Part shown: in pieces, positions 38,486 to 47,688 of the stretch
Numbering within the stretch: the first letter of the stretch is position 1
Layout: each line of letters starts with the position of its first letter
Source: Candidatus Niyogibacteria bacterium
GTDB taxonomy: Bacteria > Patescibacteriota > Minisyncoccia > HO2-45-28
Direction: 5' to 3'
Assembly (NCBI GenBank): GCA_016181935.1
Contig: JACOYI010000002.1
Span: 63,961 to 127,960, forward strand
Length of the DNA: 64,000 nt
Notes under the pieces: model-generated
Seen by the model: the letters and a program-made list of their open reading frames with translations, nothing else
The model's database searches: none
What the model was told of the DNA's origin: nothing
Program-made: the position numbers and the translations under genes

Positions 38486-40306
38486 TTAAGGATTGGTCGC
38501 CGCATATTCTTCTTTTGCCTGCTTGATCGCCGCAAGCTGGCTCGGGTCGGATGTGATGATCTGGTCTTCGGTATACGAACCGATGATCTTGATGGCCACG
38601 TGTTTAAGGCCGGCAAAAAACAACCCCTCTCCCACATCGGATTCCAAGATCAGGAATTTTTCCTCGTCCGTCAGATTGAATGTTTTTTGCACCTCATCAA
38701 TGGTCGCGGGCGACTGTTTGAGCAGGAGTTGGATCGAGGAATTCGTGATGATGGGAATGCCGTAGGGTGATTTCAAAAAATCGCCGACGTCCTGCGTGAT
38801 GGTGCAGACACCCAAGAAATATTTGCGCGCGCGCTTTGCGATGCCAAAAAGGAATGACGCCCCGTCTTCGCGCTTCATGATCCACCATGCCTCGTCGATC
38901 ACCAACAGGCGTTTTTTGATCTCTTTGCGGATCGCCGCCCAGATGTAATTGATGATGAGATACATCGCGACGGGCCGCAGTTCGTCCTCCATGTCGCGCA
39001 CCGAGAATACGATGAATTTTTTATTGATATCCACGTTGGTCGGCTGGTTGATGAATCCGGCCCACGTGCCCGACGTGTATTTATGAAGCCGTCCCGCGAG
39101 CGATTCCCCGCCCTCCATGTTGGCGAGCACCAATTCCAGATCCGAAAGGATGGGCGGTATCTTGCCCGTAAAATCCGTATTCGGCGTGATGTCACGCGAT
39201 GCGTACGTTTCGGTAATGGCGCGGTCCAGAACCGCATCTTCTTCGGGTGTAAGGCCGCCCAACATGATGCGGAAGAGCCCCACCAGATTGATGATGGTGG
39301 AACGAAGCACGTCCGTCGGGTCTTCGTCCTCGCGCGGAACCGGAAGTTCGAACGGGTTGATGTGGTGCGGGGAATTCAACGAGATATTGAAATAGCGGCC
39401 GTCCACGGCTTCCGCCAAGTGTTCATATTCGCGCTCAGGATCAATGACGATGACCTCGGTGTCGAACATCAAACTTCGCAAAATTTCGAGCTTGGTCGTG
39501 TAACTTTTACCCGAACCGCTTTTCGCAAAGATCACCGAATTGTAGTTTTCGAGCGAGAATCTGTCGAACAGGACCAAGCTGTTATTATGGCGGTTGACGC
39601 CGTAGAGAATTCCTTTATTGGACGTGAGATCGAATGAAACGAACGGGAAAATAGAAGAAACCGGTGAGGAATTCAGGCGGTTGGTGACTCCCAAACGATC
39701 CCTGCCCAGCGGGAACACCGTTAAGAGCCCTTCGGATTGCTGAAAAAGCGCGGGTTTTGCATACACGAGTTTGGATTGGAGCATGGAACGGATCTCAGAT
39801 TCCTCGCGGTCGAGTTCTTCGATCGAATCCGAATAAATCGTGATGTAAAAACCGAACGAAAAAAGCCGTTCTTGCGCCTGTTGGAGTTTGTCGCGCAAGT
39901 CCTCCAGATTTTGATAGGCGGCGTCGAGCATCGGGTCGCGGACCAGCCCTTTTTCCTCGCGGTCATGGATCTGCGACTGGACCTCCGCCACCTTCTTTTG
40001 GAGCTGACGCAGGACGGTTGCCGTATCGATCGGGTGGATATAGAGCGAGATATCGAATACCTTATCGAGATTGATGACGGGACTGAACCAATTGATGGAT
40101 AAGAATCGCGGGTAGGAAAAAACAAAAAGCGTTCGCGCGACTTTTTCGCCGAGTTTGACGTGATTGGCCGTGATCTCAAGCGCGGAGGGCGCGATCACGT
40201 CTTTTAATTCAAGGCGCGCGGCCTCGTAAATTTGTTCGGGCTGGATGGAGATGATCTCCTCCTCCGTTCCCGTTTTTTTCTTTTTAAATAGATCGTGTAA
40301 TGCCAT
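38486..40306 (-). CDS. VirB4/TraC-like secretion ATPase
   Basis: AKSGSGKS, IDPEREY, VIDEAW, KRARKY, ITQDV.DF. Confidence 0.92.
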   Translation of the reverse strand: MALHDLFKKKKTGTEEEIISIQPEQIYEAARLELKDVIAPSALEITANHVKLGEKVARTLFVFSYPRFLSINWFSPVINLDKVFDISLYIHPIDTATVLRQLQKKVAEVQSQIHDREEKGLVRDPMLDAAYQNLEDLRDKLQQAQERLFSFGFYITIYSDSIEELDREESEIRSMLQSKLVYAKPALFQQSEGLLTVFPLGRDRLGVTNRLNSSPVSSIFPFVSFDLTSNKGILYGVNRHNNSLVLFDRFSLENYNSVIFAKSGSGKSYTTKLEILRSLMFDTEVIVIDPEREYEHLAEAVDGRYFNISLNSPHHINPFELPVPREDEDPTDVLRSTIINLVGLFRIMLGGLTPEEDAVLDRAITETYASRDITPNTDFTGKIPPILSDLELVLANMEGGESLAGRLHKYTSGTWAGFINQPTNVDINKKFIVFSVRDMEDELRPVAMYLIINYIWAAIRKEIKKRLLVIDEAWWIMKREDGASFLFGIAKRARKYFLGVCTITQDVGDFLKSPYGIPIITNSSIQLLLKQSPATIDEVQKTFNLTDEEKFLILESDVGEGLFFAGLKHVAIKIIGSYTEDQIITSDPSQLAAIKQAKEEYAATNP

Positions 40307-40311
40307 AACGA

Positions 40312-40959
40312 CTATGTTCTCATTTGGGGCGCTCGCCCTTTTTCTAATTCTCCGGGATTGAAATAGCCGTAAAAAAGTTCGACCAATTCCTCGGTATTCA
40401 ACGGCACTGTGCGTACGCCCGTGGACGCGAGCGCACCCGAAACCGTCTCGACTCTCTGCCATAGCTGGGAGCGGTATTCCTCGAATTTTGCATCATCAAA
40501 GCGCTTGGCGTCCGCCGGTTTCCCCCCGAACATTCCGCGCACCCCCTTTCCGATCTCGATCGCCGGCGGCGCGAACGAGACCACGATATAGAAATTTTTC
40601 GTGACGATCTTGGTGGTTTGGACGAATGTGCGGACGAACTCGATATATTCGCGCGTCTGGATCTTTAAGAGATCATTCGACTGCGCCCGCTCGGCTTCGC
40701 GGAGAGTTTCAAGGTAGGGCTCGATGTTCAAGTGGCGCGATTGGATGATGATCTCGACCGAAAAATCAAGCGCGTTCAAAAAGTTCTGGTATTGCGCCGT
40801 GATCGCCTCCTGTTCGTCGGCCGAACGCAGGCCAAAATTGAGCGCAGAGGCCATCAGCACCATGTGCATGTGATGATCGTCCGTGATCATCACGCCGTCG
40901 CGGATCTCGCGAATCGGGACGAATTCCTGCGCCGCTTTTCCTTTGGTGGGATTGGGCAT
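40312..40959 (-). CDS. TraC/VirB4 N-terminal-like protein
   Basis: IRDG, NF.L.S..EQEAI...YQNFLNALDF; between PrgI and VirB4. Confidence 0.8.
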   Translation of the reverse strand: MPNPTKGKAAQEFVPIREIRDGVMITDDHHMHMVLMASALNFGLRSADEQEAITAQYQNFLNALDFSVEIIIQSRHLNIEPYLETLREAERAQSNDLLKIQTREYIEFVRTFVQTTKIVTKNFYIVVSFAPPAIEIGKGVRGMFGGKPADAKRFDDAKFEEYRSQLWQRVETVSGALASTGVRTVPLNTEELVELFYGYFNPGELEKGRAPQMRT

Positions 40960-40962
40960 ACC

Positions 40963-41367
40963 CTATTTTACCTTTTCTTTAACATCCAAACTCCATGCCA
41001 GGTCTTTTAATTTGCCTCTCGTAACCTTGGGAACTTCAAGCTTTGGACCTTCGGTCTTCGCGCCCGCCGGTTTCTCCGATTCCGTCTCGCCTCTTTTCCA
41101 AATGTAGAGCCGAGAGCCGAGGTAATAAGAGATCGCATTGCCAACGACTTTGATGAAGGGTTGGTTGTTTATCTTGTAAAAGGCAAGCGCCAATGCGAAT
41201 CCCGCGACCGGAAGTCCGAACAAAATGACGAGAAAAAACGGGAGAAAAACATACAAAATGAATACGGACGCGGCACCCCCCAGCAGATACACGAACTGCT
41301 TGAGCGTAAGCGGCCCGAAAATTTTATCCTCGACATCAATGAATTGGGGAACGTCGAATTGTCTCAT
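40963..41367 (-). CDS. PrgI family protein
   Basis: VPQFIDVEDKIFGPLTLKQF plus two TM helices. Confidence 0.9.
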   Translation of the reverse strand: MRQFDVPQFIDVEDKIFGPLTLKQFVYLLGGAASVFILYVFLPFFLVILFGLPVAGFALALAFYKINNQPFIKVVGNAISYYLGSRLYIWKRGETESEKPAGAKTEGPKLEVPKVTRGKLKDLAWSLDVKEKVK

Positions 41368-41927
41368 GAAATAGGTTCGCGATATGGATCCTTATTGCCC
41401 GGATAGGTTTTTTGCTCGCGCGCTTCGGATAATTCTTTTTGGGCGGAAAACACTTTTTCCTGAAGTTTGGACTCGAAGGGTGATGGCATTGGCGCGGGTG
41501 CCGGTTGTCCCAAAGGGTAGTCCTTAGGAGCGCTCAAAGGACTACCCTTTGGGAGTTCTGCGGCTGGCGGTCTGCTGACCGGCGGAGGCACGGGAATCAC
41601 GTGATCTTCTTCCATTGTGTGGACGCGGCGCAAAGAAGCGCGGATTTTTGAGAAAATGCGAACGTTTAAATCCTCGGTAATACCTTTGGAGATTTCCTCG
41701 GAAACACCGAGATTGCGCTGAAGTTTTCCAATAAAATGTTCCGGCTTAGTAAAACCGAGCATGAAATAACCGGTTTCATCCGCAAGAACCCCAATTTTAT
41801 CAACCGCGAGCCGATGTTTTTTCCCGATCATCCGAATTGCTTCCGCGGTATCCATACTGAAAATGGCATCCTTTAATTCTTGCGGAAGCCGTTGGAAGCG
41901 CTGTTGGATTTCTGTTGGCGTTGGCAT
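41364..41927 (-). CDS. Conserved CPR-type hypothetical protein
   Basis: LP.ELKDAIFS N-terminus, DPYREPI C-terminus. Confidence 0.75.
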   Translation of the reverse strand: MPTPTEIQQRFQRLPQELKDAIFSMDTAEAIRMIGKKHRLAVDKIGVLADETGYFMLGFTKPEHFIGKLQRNLGVSEEISKGITEDLNVRIFSKIRASLRRVHTMEEDHVIPVPPPVSRPPAAELPKGSPLSAPKDYPLGQPAPAPMPSPFESKLQEKVFSAQKELSEAREQKTYPGNKDPYREPIS

Positions 41928-41945
41928 GGTTATTTCATTATATCG

Positions 41946-44309
41946 CTATATGGCAGGTCCGCGGGGCGGAATGCGCGTGTACGGCCCCGCAATCTCAATG
42001 GTCGGTTTCTCGAGGGGCTGCTGTGACTCGGTCGAAATGCCGGCCTCTTTTAATTCATCGCGGTAGGCGCCGCCGCGAACGCTGGCCGCAAGCGCTGGAT
42101 TTCCTGCCCTAGCAATGGAATCTGCCAGCTCATCCGTGGTTTTCCCGAGCGTTTTAAACGCCTCAATCATTTTTTCTGCCGCATCCCCTCCTTCCTCAAA
42201 AACACCTTTCACTGTTTTTCGGCTCAACTGTTTTACGACTTCTTCGGCGCGCGCCGGGTTTTTCATATCCGCGACAGTTGCCGAGCTGAAAACAGTTTGT
42301 TTTTCAATAGAGATGCCCGCCGCTTCCAAAATCGGCCGGCCGGCATTGCTGCGGAACCATCCGGCAAGCGTTGTATTGCCGACCTCTTCCAGCCCGTTCG
42401 CAACGTCATCCATGGTTGTTCCCATAGAGCGCAATCCCGCCGCTAATGCTTTAGCCGCATCTCCGCCCTCGTTTATGATATCTACAAGGAGTTTCGGGCT
42501 GGTAACGCCCCTAAAGACCTCCTGCGCGTAGGCTTTGTTTTTCAAGTCTTCCGCCGTCGCGTATTGGAATTCGAGCGCATCTGCGTCTTTTGTGCTGATG
42601 CCGTAATCGCGCATGTATCTCTTGTTTTGTTCGATGGCGCTGCGTGTGAACCCAATGCTTTCATCGAGTTTCAAATCTCTTCGTTTAGCAAGAATGTCCA
42701 TGATAGCCGCTTTTGTGGCGGGATCGAATGACGAGCGAAGCATATCTTTTAATTCATCTGTCGAGCGCTTGTTCAATTTTTCTTCCCGATCCAGAACAGC
42801 TTTTTTGTGTTCATTAAGGACCACATTTGCGCCGCGCTGGACAAGGCCCCCGCCGAGCCATTTTGCTGCGGGCTTGCGAAGTTGTCGCGCGAGCCACGGG
42901 GCCTCGATTTTTTGCCCGCCGAACATCTTTTCCTTGCCAACCGCCTTTTCCGCGAGTAGGCTACTCCCCGCAAGCGTCACGCGGCGCAACCCGTGCCGCC
43001 ACGCAACTCCGGGGGCTGCGCGCGTATATCCGCGCAGGCGCCCGATCGCTTTATCTGCGATGGAAGCGGACACCCCGCCCATTTTTTTGGCAAATCCTAG
43101 GGCAAAGAGGAGCATCATCACGAGCAGGATGTAATACATGACGAGCTGGAAATTCGAAATGAAGGATTTGTTCACGGAAGGATCAGCTCCCATGGTAAGT
43201 CGAACAAAGGGGTTCGCGATCATATTGACGGTGATGGAGAAGAAAAAGAAAAACCCAACGGGCCAGAGCGCGTTCGATACGAGTTTTGAGAGCCATTCGC
43301 GCGCATAGCTCTGGAGCGCGGGCAGGGTCCAGAAGAAAAAGGCGATGGGAGAGGCGATCATCAAAAACCAGAGCATGACAATGCGGACAAGAAGCATGAT
43401 GGCGACCGTAAAGAGAACAAAGGTGGCGACCGCAAGAAAAATAATAACGCCGATCATGGAGACGATGACTTGGGTGAATAGGCCTTCGGCGCCCTTCTCG
43501 AGACCTTGTTGTTGGGCAAGGAGTTGATTTTCCACGCCTTTTAAAGTTTCCAAATAGCCTTGTTGTTCTGGGGTAAGATCTCCTCCAAATGCATGCGTTC
43601 CCGTTGTTTTCCCGATTTCCTCTTGAACCGCTTTTAGGCTCGCATTTACCGCCGCCAATGAATCCGCATTGTTGTTTTCAAACGACGCAAAAAGGATATT
43701 CGGATTGACGCCCGTCACGAATTTTGCGGAAAAGGACGGCGTTGTCGCGCCCGTTCCGATCCCCGGCACAAAAAGCCGCGCGAAAAGATTCGATGATATG
43801 ATGATGTATTGCGTGAGCGCAAAGGAAAAATTAATGAAAAGCGCAACGATGATGAGACGGGCGAGCAGCCGTTTTGCGCCGTATGCTTCGAATTGGAGAA
43901 TGGTCGCGATGGCAATGACCAAAAGAACGAAAATGAAAAAAAGATTGACGGTATCGCGCGCGACAACCCACCCGGCATAGATTGCCGGCACTTGATACAT
44001 ATCGGGATTGAGCGTGAAAGCAATGACCGTATCAATAAGATTGCCGGCCAAGATAAAAAGCTGACTGACGGCCTGAAGAACGAAATAAACGAGCCACGCG
44101 AGCCACGATCCGACGCAGATGCCAAAAATATTCTCGCAGTGCGTGATCTGCGTGATGATGTTCGTGGCATCCGAGCGCGTTCCCTGCGCCAGGGCGTCGG
44201 ATAGCGGCAATAACACAAATATGCCGAGCGCGAGCACGAACACCGCTATATACAGAAACGACAATCGGAGCGGAAAAAGCTTTTTCATGAATATTAGAGC
44301 GCCTGACAT
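41946..44309 (-). CDS. VirB6/TrbL-like polytopic membrane protein with long cytoplasmic tail
   Basis: GW...RD.VN.FFIF.L, LI.VALFINFS, R.V.LWFL...SP.AF. Confidence 0.78.
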   Translation of the reverse strand: MSGALIFMKKLFPLRLSFLYIAVFVLALGIFVLLPLSDALAQGTRSDATNIITQITHCENIFGICVGSWLAWLVYFVLQAVSQLFILAGNLIDTVIAFTLNPDMYQVPAIYAGWVVARDTVNLFFIFVLLVIAIATILQFEAYGAKRLLARLIIVALFINFSFALTQYIIISSNLFARLFVPGIGTGATTPSFSAKFVTGVNPNILFASFENNNADSLAAVNASLKAVQEEIGKTTGTHAFGGDLTPEQQGYLETLKGVENQLLAQQQGLEKGAEGLFTQVIVSMIGVIIFLAVATFVLFTVAIMLLVRIVMLWFLMIASPIAFFFWTLPALQSYAREWLSKLVSNALWPVGFFFFFSITVNMIANPFVRLTMGADPSVNKSFISNFQLVMYYILLVMMLLFALGFAKKMGGVSASIADKAIGRLRGYTRAAPGVAWRHGLRRVTLAGSSLLAEKAVGKEKMFGGQKIEAPWLARQLRKPAAKWLGGGLVQRGANVVLNEHKKAVLDREEKLNKRSTDELKDMLRSSFDPATKAAIMDILAKRRDLKLDESIGFTRSAIEQNKRYMRDYGISTKDADALEFQYATAEDLKNKAYAQEVFRGVTSPKLLVDIINEGGDAAKALAAGLRSMGTTMDDVANGLEEVGNTTLAGWFRSNAGRPILEAAGISIEKQTVFSSATVADMKNPARAEEVVKQLSRKTVKGVFEEGGDAAEKMIEAFKTLGKTTDELADSIARAGNPALAASVRGGAYRDELKEAGISTESQQPLEKPTIEIAGPYTRIPPRGPAI

Positions 44310-45805
44310 GCGGTAATGGATGCGTTGTAATCCGCAAGCGCCGCCTGTAGCGCTGTCGTTGCATTTTCGGCCTCGGCAAGCGCGTCTTCGCCGATCGAGC
44401 TCGCGATGGTCGTTGCGGTTTCGGCTTCAAGTTCATCCATATTGCTCAACTTGCTTTCCGTAAGGATCCGGCTTTGAAGCACGGTCAGAGCTTGCGTACG
44501 CGTTCGCGAGCGCTGAATATCAGCGACAACAATTTGCAATTGCGCCGTGTAGGTATCGGTATCCGTTTGGAGGTCTTGACCGCTACAGGCCTCGAGCGTC
44601 TCGATCTGCGTAAGGATCGTTTGAATGGTGTTGAGAGAGGTTTGCTTTTCGTTCCTGTAGTCATTTTCACGCGCCAGCACCGGATTGAGATCTGCGAGCA
44701 GAGTCGTGCGGCGCGCCTGTAATTCTTGGAAATTCGCCTGCTCTTCTTCAAAGCTCGGGGAATCGCTCAATCCCTCGATCAGCGGCTTTACGATCAATTG
44801 GCCGACCAAGGCGGATATAATGGCGTTGATGGATTCTGCGAGATACAGCTCATTCATTTGCGCCTGCGTATTCGCGTTAAACATACCGACAATGGCGGCG
44901 CCCGGCGTTTTGTTTTCGTATTTCGCGCAACCGAATTCCTCGCTACGCTCATAAATAGGGATTTGATTGAACGGATTATTGGGGTCGGGTTCCATGCCGA
45001 CGCGTCCCTTGTTGTATTCAACGCACTCTTTGAACGCGAAGAATCCTTGGCTTGCCTGTGCTTCGTCACGATTTGCTTCAAATGTCGAAAGCGCCTGCGC
45101 ATGGAGTTGGTCCCAACGTACAAGAAAACTTCCGAATGCGTTATTGTTCACGTTCGCCGTAATGGTGATAAAAGACGCCCATCCGCCGGTAAGGAAGTTT
45201 TGATACATTTCGGTTACGTTTTCGACGATATCGGAAATCGTACAGCGCGGCCGCGGCACGCGGAATTCAAAAAGGTTGAGAATGATTTCGATCCGGAATG
45301 GACTGCAAACGGCATCCAATTGATCCGGCGTGAGCAAGCTTTCCAAAAAATAGCCGGAGGCGGTGTCAGCCGCATTCAGGGCGGATGTTCGGAAATCCTG
45401 AACAAACAGCGGTCCGCCTTCCGGAAATCCTGAATTGATCCAATTCACAATGTCGCCGGTCATCTCGACAATAATTGCGCGAAGGATGCTTTTGCCAAGA
45501 ACCTCAAAAATGTCCTTTCTCGCGCATTCTTCCCAGTCGAAAAGGTTGTAAACACAAATCGCGAGCAACGCTCCGATCGCTGCGCCCGCGAATTCCTCGG
45601 GATGTTCGGCTATCGCGTCTGCGGCTTCATTGGCGATGGCGAAGGCAATATCCGGACTTCCGCCAAAAGGACTCATAATAGTGATAAGATCGCCGAGTCC
45701 GCCATCCCCGAGCTGCGCATAAGCGGTTTTTGGCGCAAAAGCGCTCGGGATGAGCCCCACGAGCATTGTGATCAAGAGAAGGGCGGCAATAAATTTTCGC
45801 GTCAT
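44294..45805 (-). CDS. Secreted/membrane protein with coiled coil in the secretion cluster
   Basis: Signal peptide, IV.WINSG..G.P.FV.D, C.SPF, TPG. Confidence 0.75.
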   Translation of the reverse strand: MTRKFIAALLLITMLVGLIPSAFAPKTAYAQLGDGGLGDLITIMSPFGGSPDIAFAIANEAADAIAEHPEEFAGAAIGALLAICVYNLFDWEECARKDIFEVLGKSILRAIIVEMTGDIVNWINSGFPEGGPLFVQDFRTSALNAADTASGYFLESLLTPDQLDAVCSPFRIEIILNLFEFRVPRPRCTISDIVENVTEMYQNFLTGGWASFITITANVNNNAFGSFLVRWDQLHAQALSTFEANRDEAQASQGFFAFKECVEYNKGRVGMEPDPNNPFNQIPIYERSEEFGCAKYENKTPGAAIVGMFNANTQAQMNELYLAESINAIISALVGQLIVKPLIEGLSDSPSFEEEQANFQELQARRTTLLADLNPVLARENDYRNEKQTSLNTIQTILTQIETLEACSGQDLQTDTDTYTAQLQIVVADIQRSRTRTQALTVLQSRILTESKLSNMDELEAETATTIASSIGEDALAEAENATTALQAALADYNASITACQAL

Positions 45806-46776
45806 GGCATTTTGGCGGGTTTTACAGTTTTTGCGATAAAGACATAGGCAGGATCGCCAGATGCAATGGAAATACGGTCGCGCTTCAATTGCGCCGAAAC
45901 ACTTTCAAGCGAATGTTGCAATTGCCGGGCAATTTGAACATGCGCTTCGATCAATGACGGTGCCGCAAAGAAATCATTGGGCAGGGTTTGAAAACCCGCA
46001 TTCGTTTCGGACAAACCCTCGAACGCATTGATGATGGTTAAATGCAGGTCGCGATAGTGCGCGGGAACCGGCGTTTTGAGGAGTTTTTGAGCCGCATTAG
46101 CATACGCATAGCGGTATGCCCCAAAAGCGGAAAAATATTTGACTGTATTTTCGCGGTCCGTGGCGTTTAGGAGTTGAATAAGCAGGGCCAGCTCATTCGA
46201 CTTAAAACCGCTAAAAAAAGATGTCAGAATTGCGCCAAGCTCATTCGCATATTTTTTTACCGCTTCCGAAGAGGCATCCGGAGAAATCACAATATCCGCG
46301 CCTGTCCGCTTGGTTTTTTGGGAAAAAGTCGTTGCGGTCGGAGGCGGCATGGAAACGCTTAAATACTTTCGAATTTCATCATCCGACCACCCCTGTTGCT
46401 TTAGCGTGACGACATTGGTTAAAAAATCCCGCGCGAATGCGTCGGAGGGAGAAAGAGCCGCCGCGCTGCTTTCGGTCAACGATCGGGAAACGGCCGTCGT
46501 ATCTTTTACAGCGCTCTTTTTGATCGCTTCGCCGTCCGGAATCCCGTCGCCATCCGTATCGGGATTATTCGGGTCGGTTTTCCAAAGAAGCTCTTCCCAG
46601 TCCTTCAGGCCGTCGCCATCGGAATCCGACGCTTGCTGACGGGCGGCGGCAGGTACCGCTGTGACAATAGCCGCGGTTTGCGGTGTGGATCTCGAGAGCG
46701 AGCGAACATACCAAATACCGCCTCCGACCACGAAGACGCTCACAATTCCCAAAAGGATGAACTTTGGGTTCCTCAC
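45802..46776 (-). CDS. Membrane-anchored protein with TSP3-like Ca-binding repeats
   Basis: DSDGDGLKDWEE...TDP..PDTDGDG..DGE. Confidence 0.8.
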   Translation of the reverse strand: MRNPKFILLGIVSVFVVGGGIWYVRSLSRSTPQTAAIVTAVPAAARQQASDSDGDGLKDWEELLWKTDPNNPDTDGDGIPDGEAIKKSAVKDTTAVSRSLTESSAAALSPSDAFARDFLTNVVTLKQQGWSDDEIRKYLSVSMPPPTATTFSQKTKRTGADIVISPDASSEAVKKYANELGAILTSFFSGFKSNELALLIQLLNATDRENTVKYFSAFGAYRYAYANAAQKLLKTPVPAHYRDLHLTIINAFEGLSETNAGFQTLPNDFFAAPSLIEAHVQIARQLQHSLESVSAQLKRDRISIASGDPAYVFIAKTVKPAKMP

Positions 46777-46836
46777 TTACCTTATTATAGCGCTTGACTA
46801 TCATGACCTCTTGTGGACAACCCAATAAATGGTGAG

Positions 46837-47688
46837 TTATTTGTGTAAATTTTGGCGGGCAAGGCAGAGCCATTGTTCAAGCGAAATATTTTCTGCGCGG
46901 GCTGTTTTTGATATTTTGCATTTTCCCAAAAAGGAGCCCCAAGGTCCGCCAGTTGGCGGATTAGGAATCAGATAAGGACTACCCTTAAAAGCTCCCTTTT
47001 TGAGAACACTAAGCGCGATTTTCCGCTTTTGGCCGAATGCCGTTTTAATGAGCGCGAAGTAATATCGGGAAGTCGGACTTCCCGAGATCAAAAGTGGCCG
47101 GGAGCGGCGTTCGAGAACGAGAACCGCGGAATCCACTCCAGGAGGCGGCCGGAAATTGCCGCGGGACACCCGGAACGCAATGCGTGCGGTCATGAACGGC
47201 TGAATCGAAAGCCCCAGAAGATTGGTTTTGGATTGTATGAGGCTCGGCCTCGTACGATTAGCGATGCGCTCCGCCACTTCTTTCTGAACCATCAAAACTA
47301 TCAGACTTGGAGGCCTCGCTCTATCGGACACCAAGAGACGGAAAAGCTGACCCGAAAGATAGTATGGGATATTCGCAACCACCTTAATGGACGGCACATT
47401 TGTGTTGAATTTTCTAGGTTTTTTGAGAACGTCGCGGATATCGGCTTCGATAAGGACAAGGTTTTTGTTTTTGTCGAATTTTTCGCGAAGTTTTTCGATG
47501 AGTTCCGTGTCCTTTTCAACCGCAATAACGCGCTTCGCGCGTTTTAAAAGTTCTGCTGTCAGTATGCCGGTTCCGGGACCGATTTCGAGAACGGTATCGT
47601 TCGGCTGAATATCCGCGCTTTTGGCGATGCGCTCGGCGATCCTCGGAGACGTTAGAAAATGTTGCCCTAGGCGTGTTCCCATGATCAA
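46837..47688 (-). CDS. rsmA: 16S rRNA dimethyladenosine transferase RsmA/KsgA
   Basis: LGQHFL, LEIGPGTG, VANIPY, MVQKEVAER, F.PPP.VDSA. Confidence 0.95.
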   Translation of the reverse strand: MIMGTRLGQHFLTSPRIAERIAKSADIQPNDTVLEIGPGTGILTAELLKRAKRVIAVEKDTELIEKLREKFDKNKNLVLIEADIRDVLKKPRKFNTNVPSIKVVANIPYYLSGQLFRLLVSDRARPPSLIVLMVQKEVAERIANRTRPSLIQSKTNLLGLSIQPFMTARIAFRVSRGNFRPPPGVDSAVLVLERRSRPLLISGSPTSRYYFALIKTAFGQKRKIALSVLKKGAFKGSPYLIPNPPTGGPWGSFLGKCKISKTARAENISLEQWLCLARQNLHK

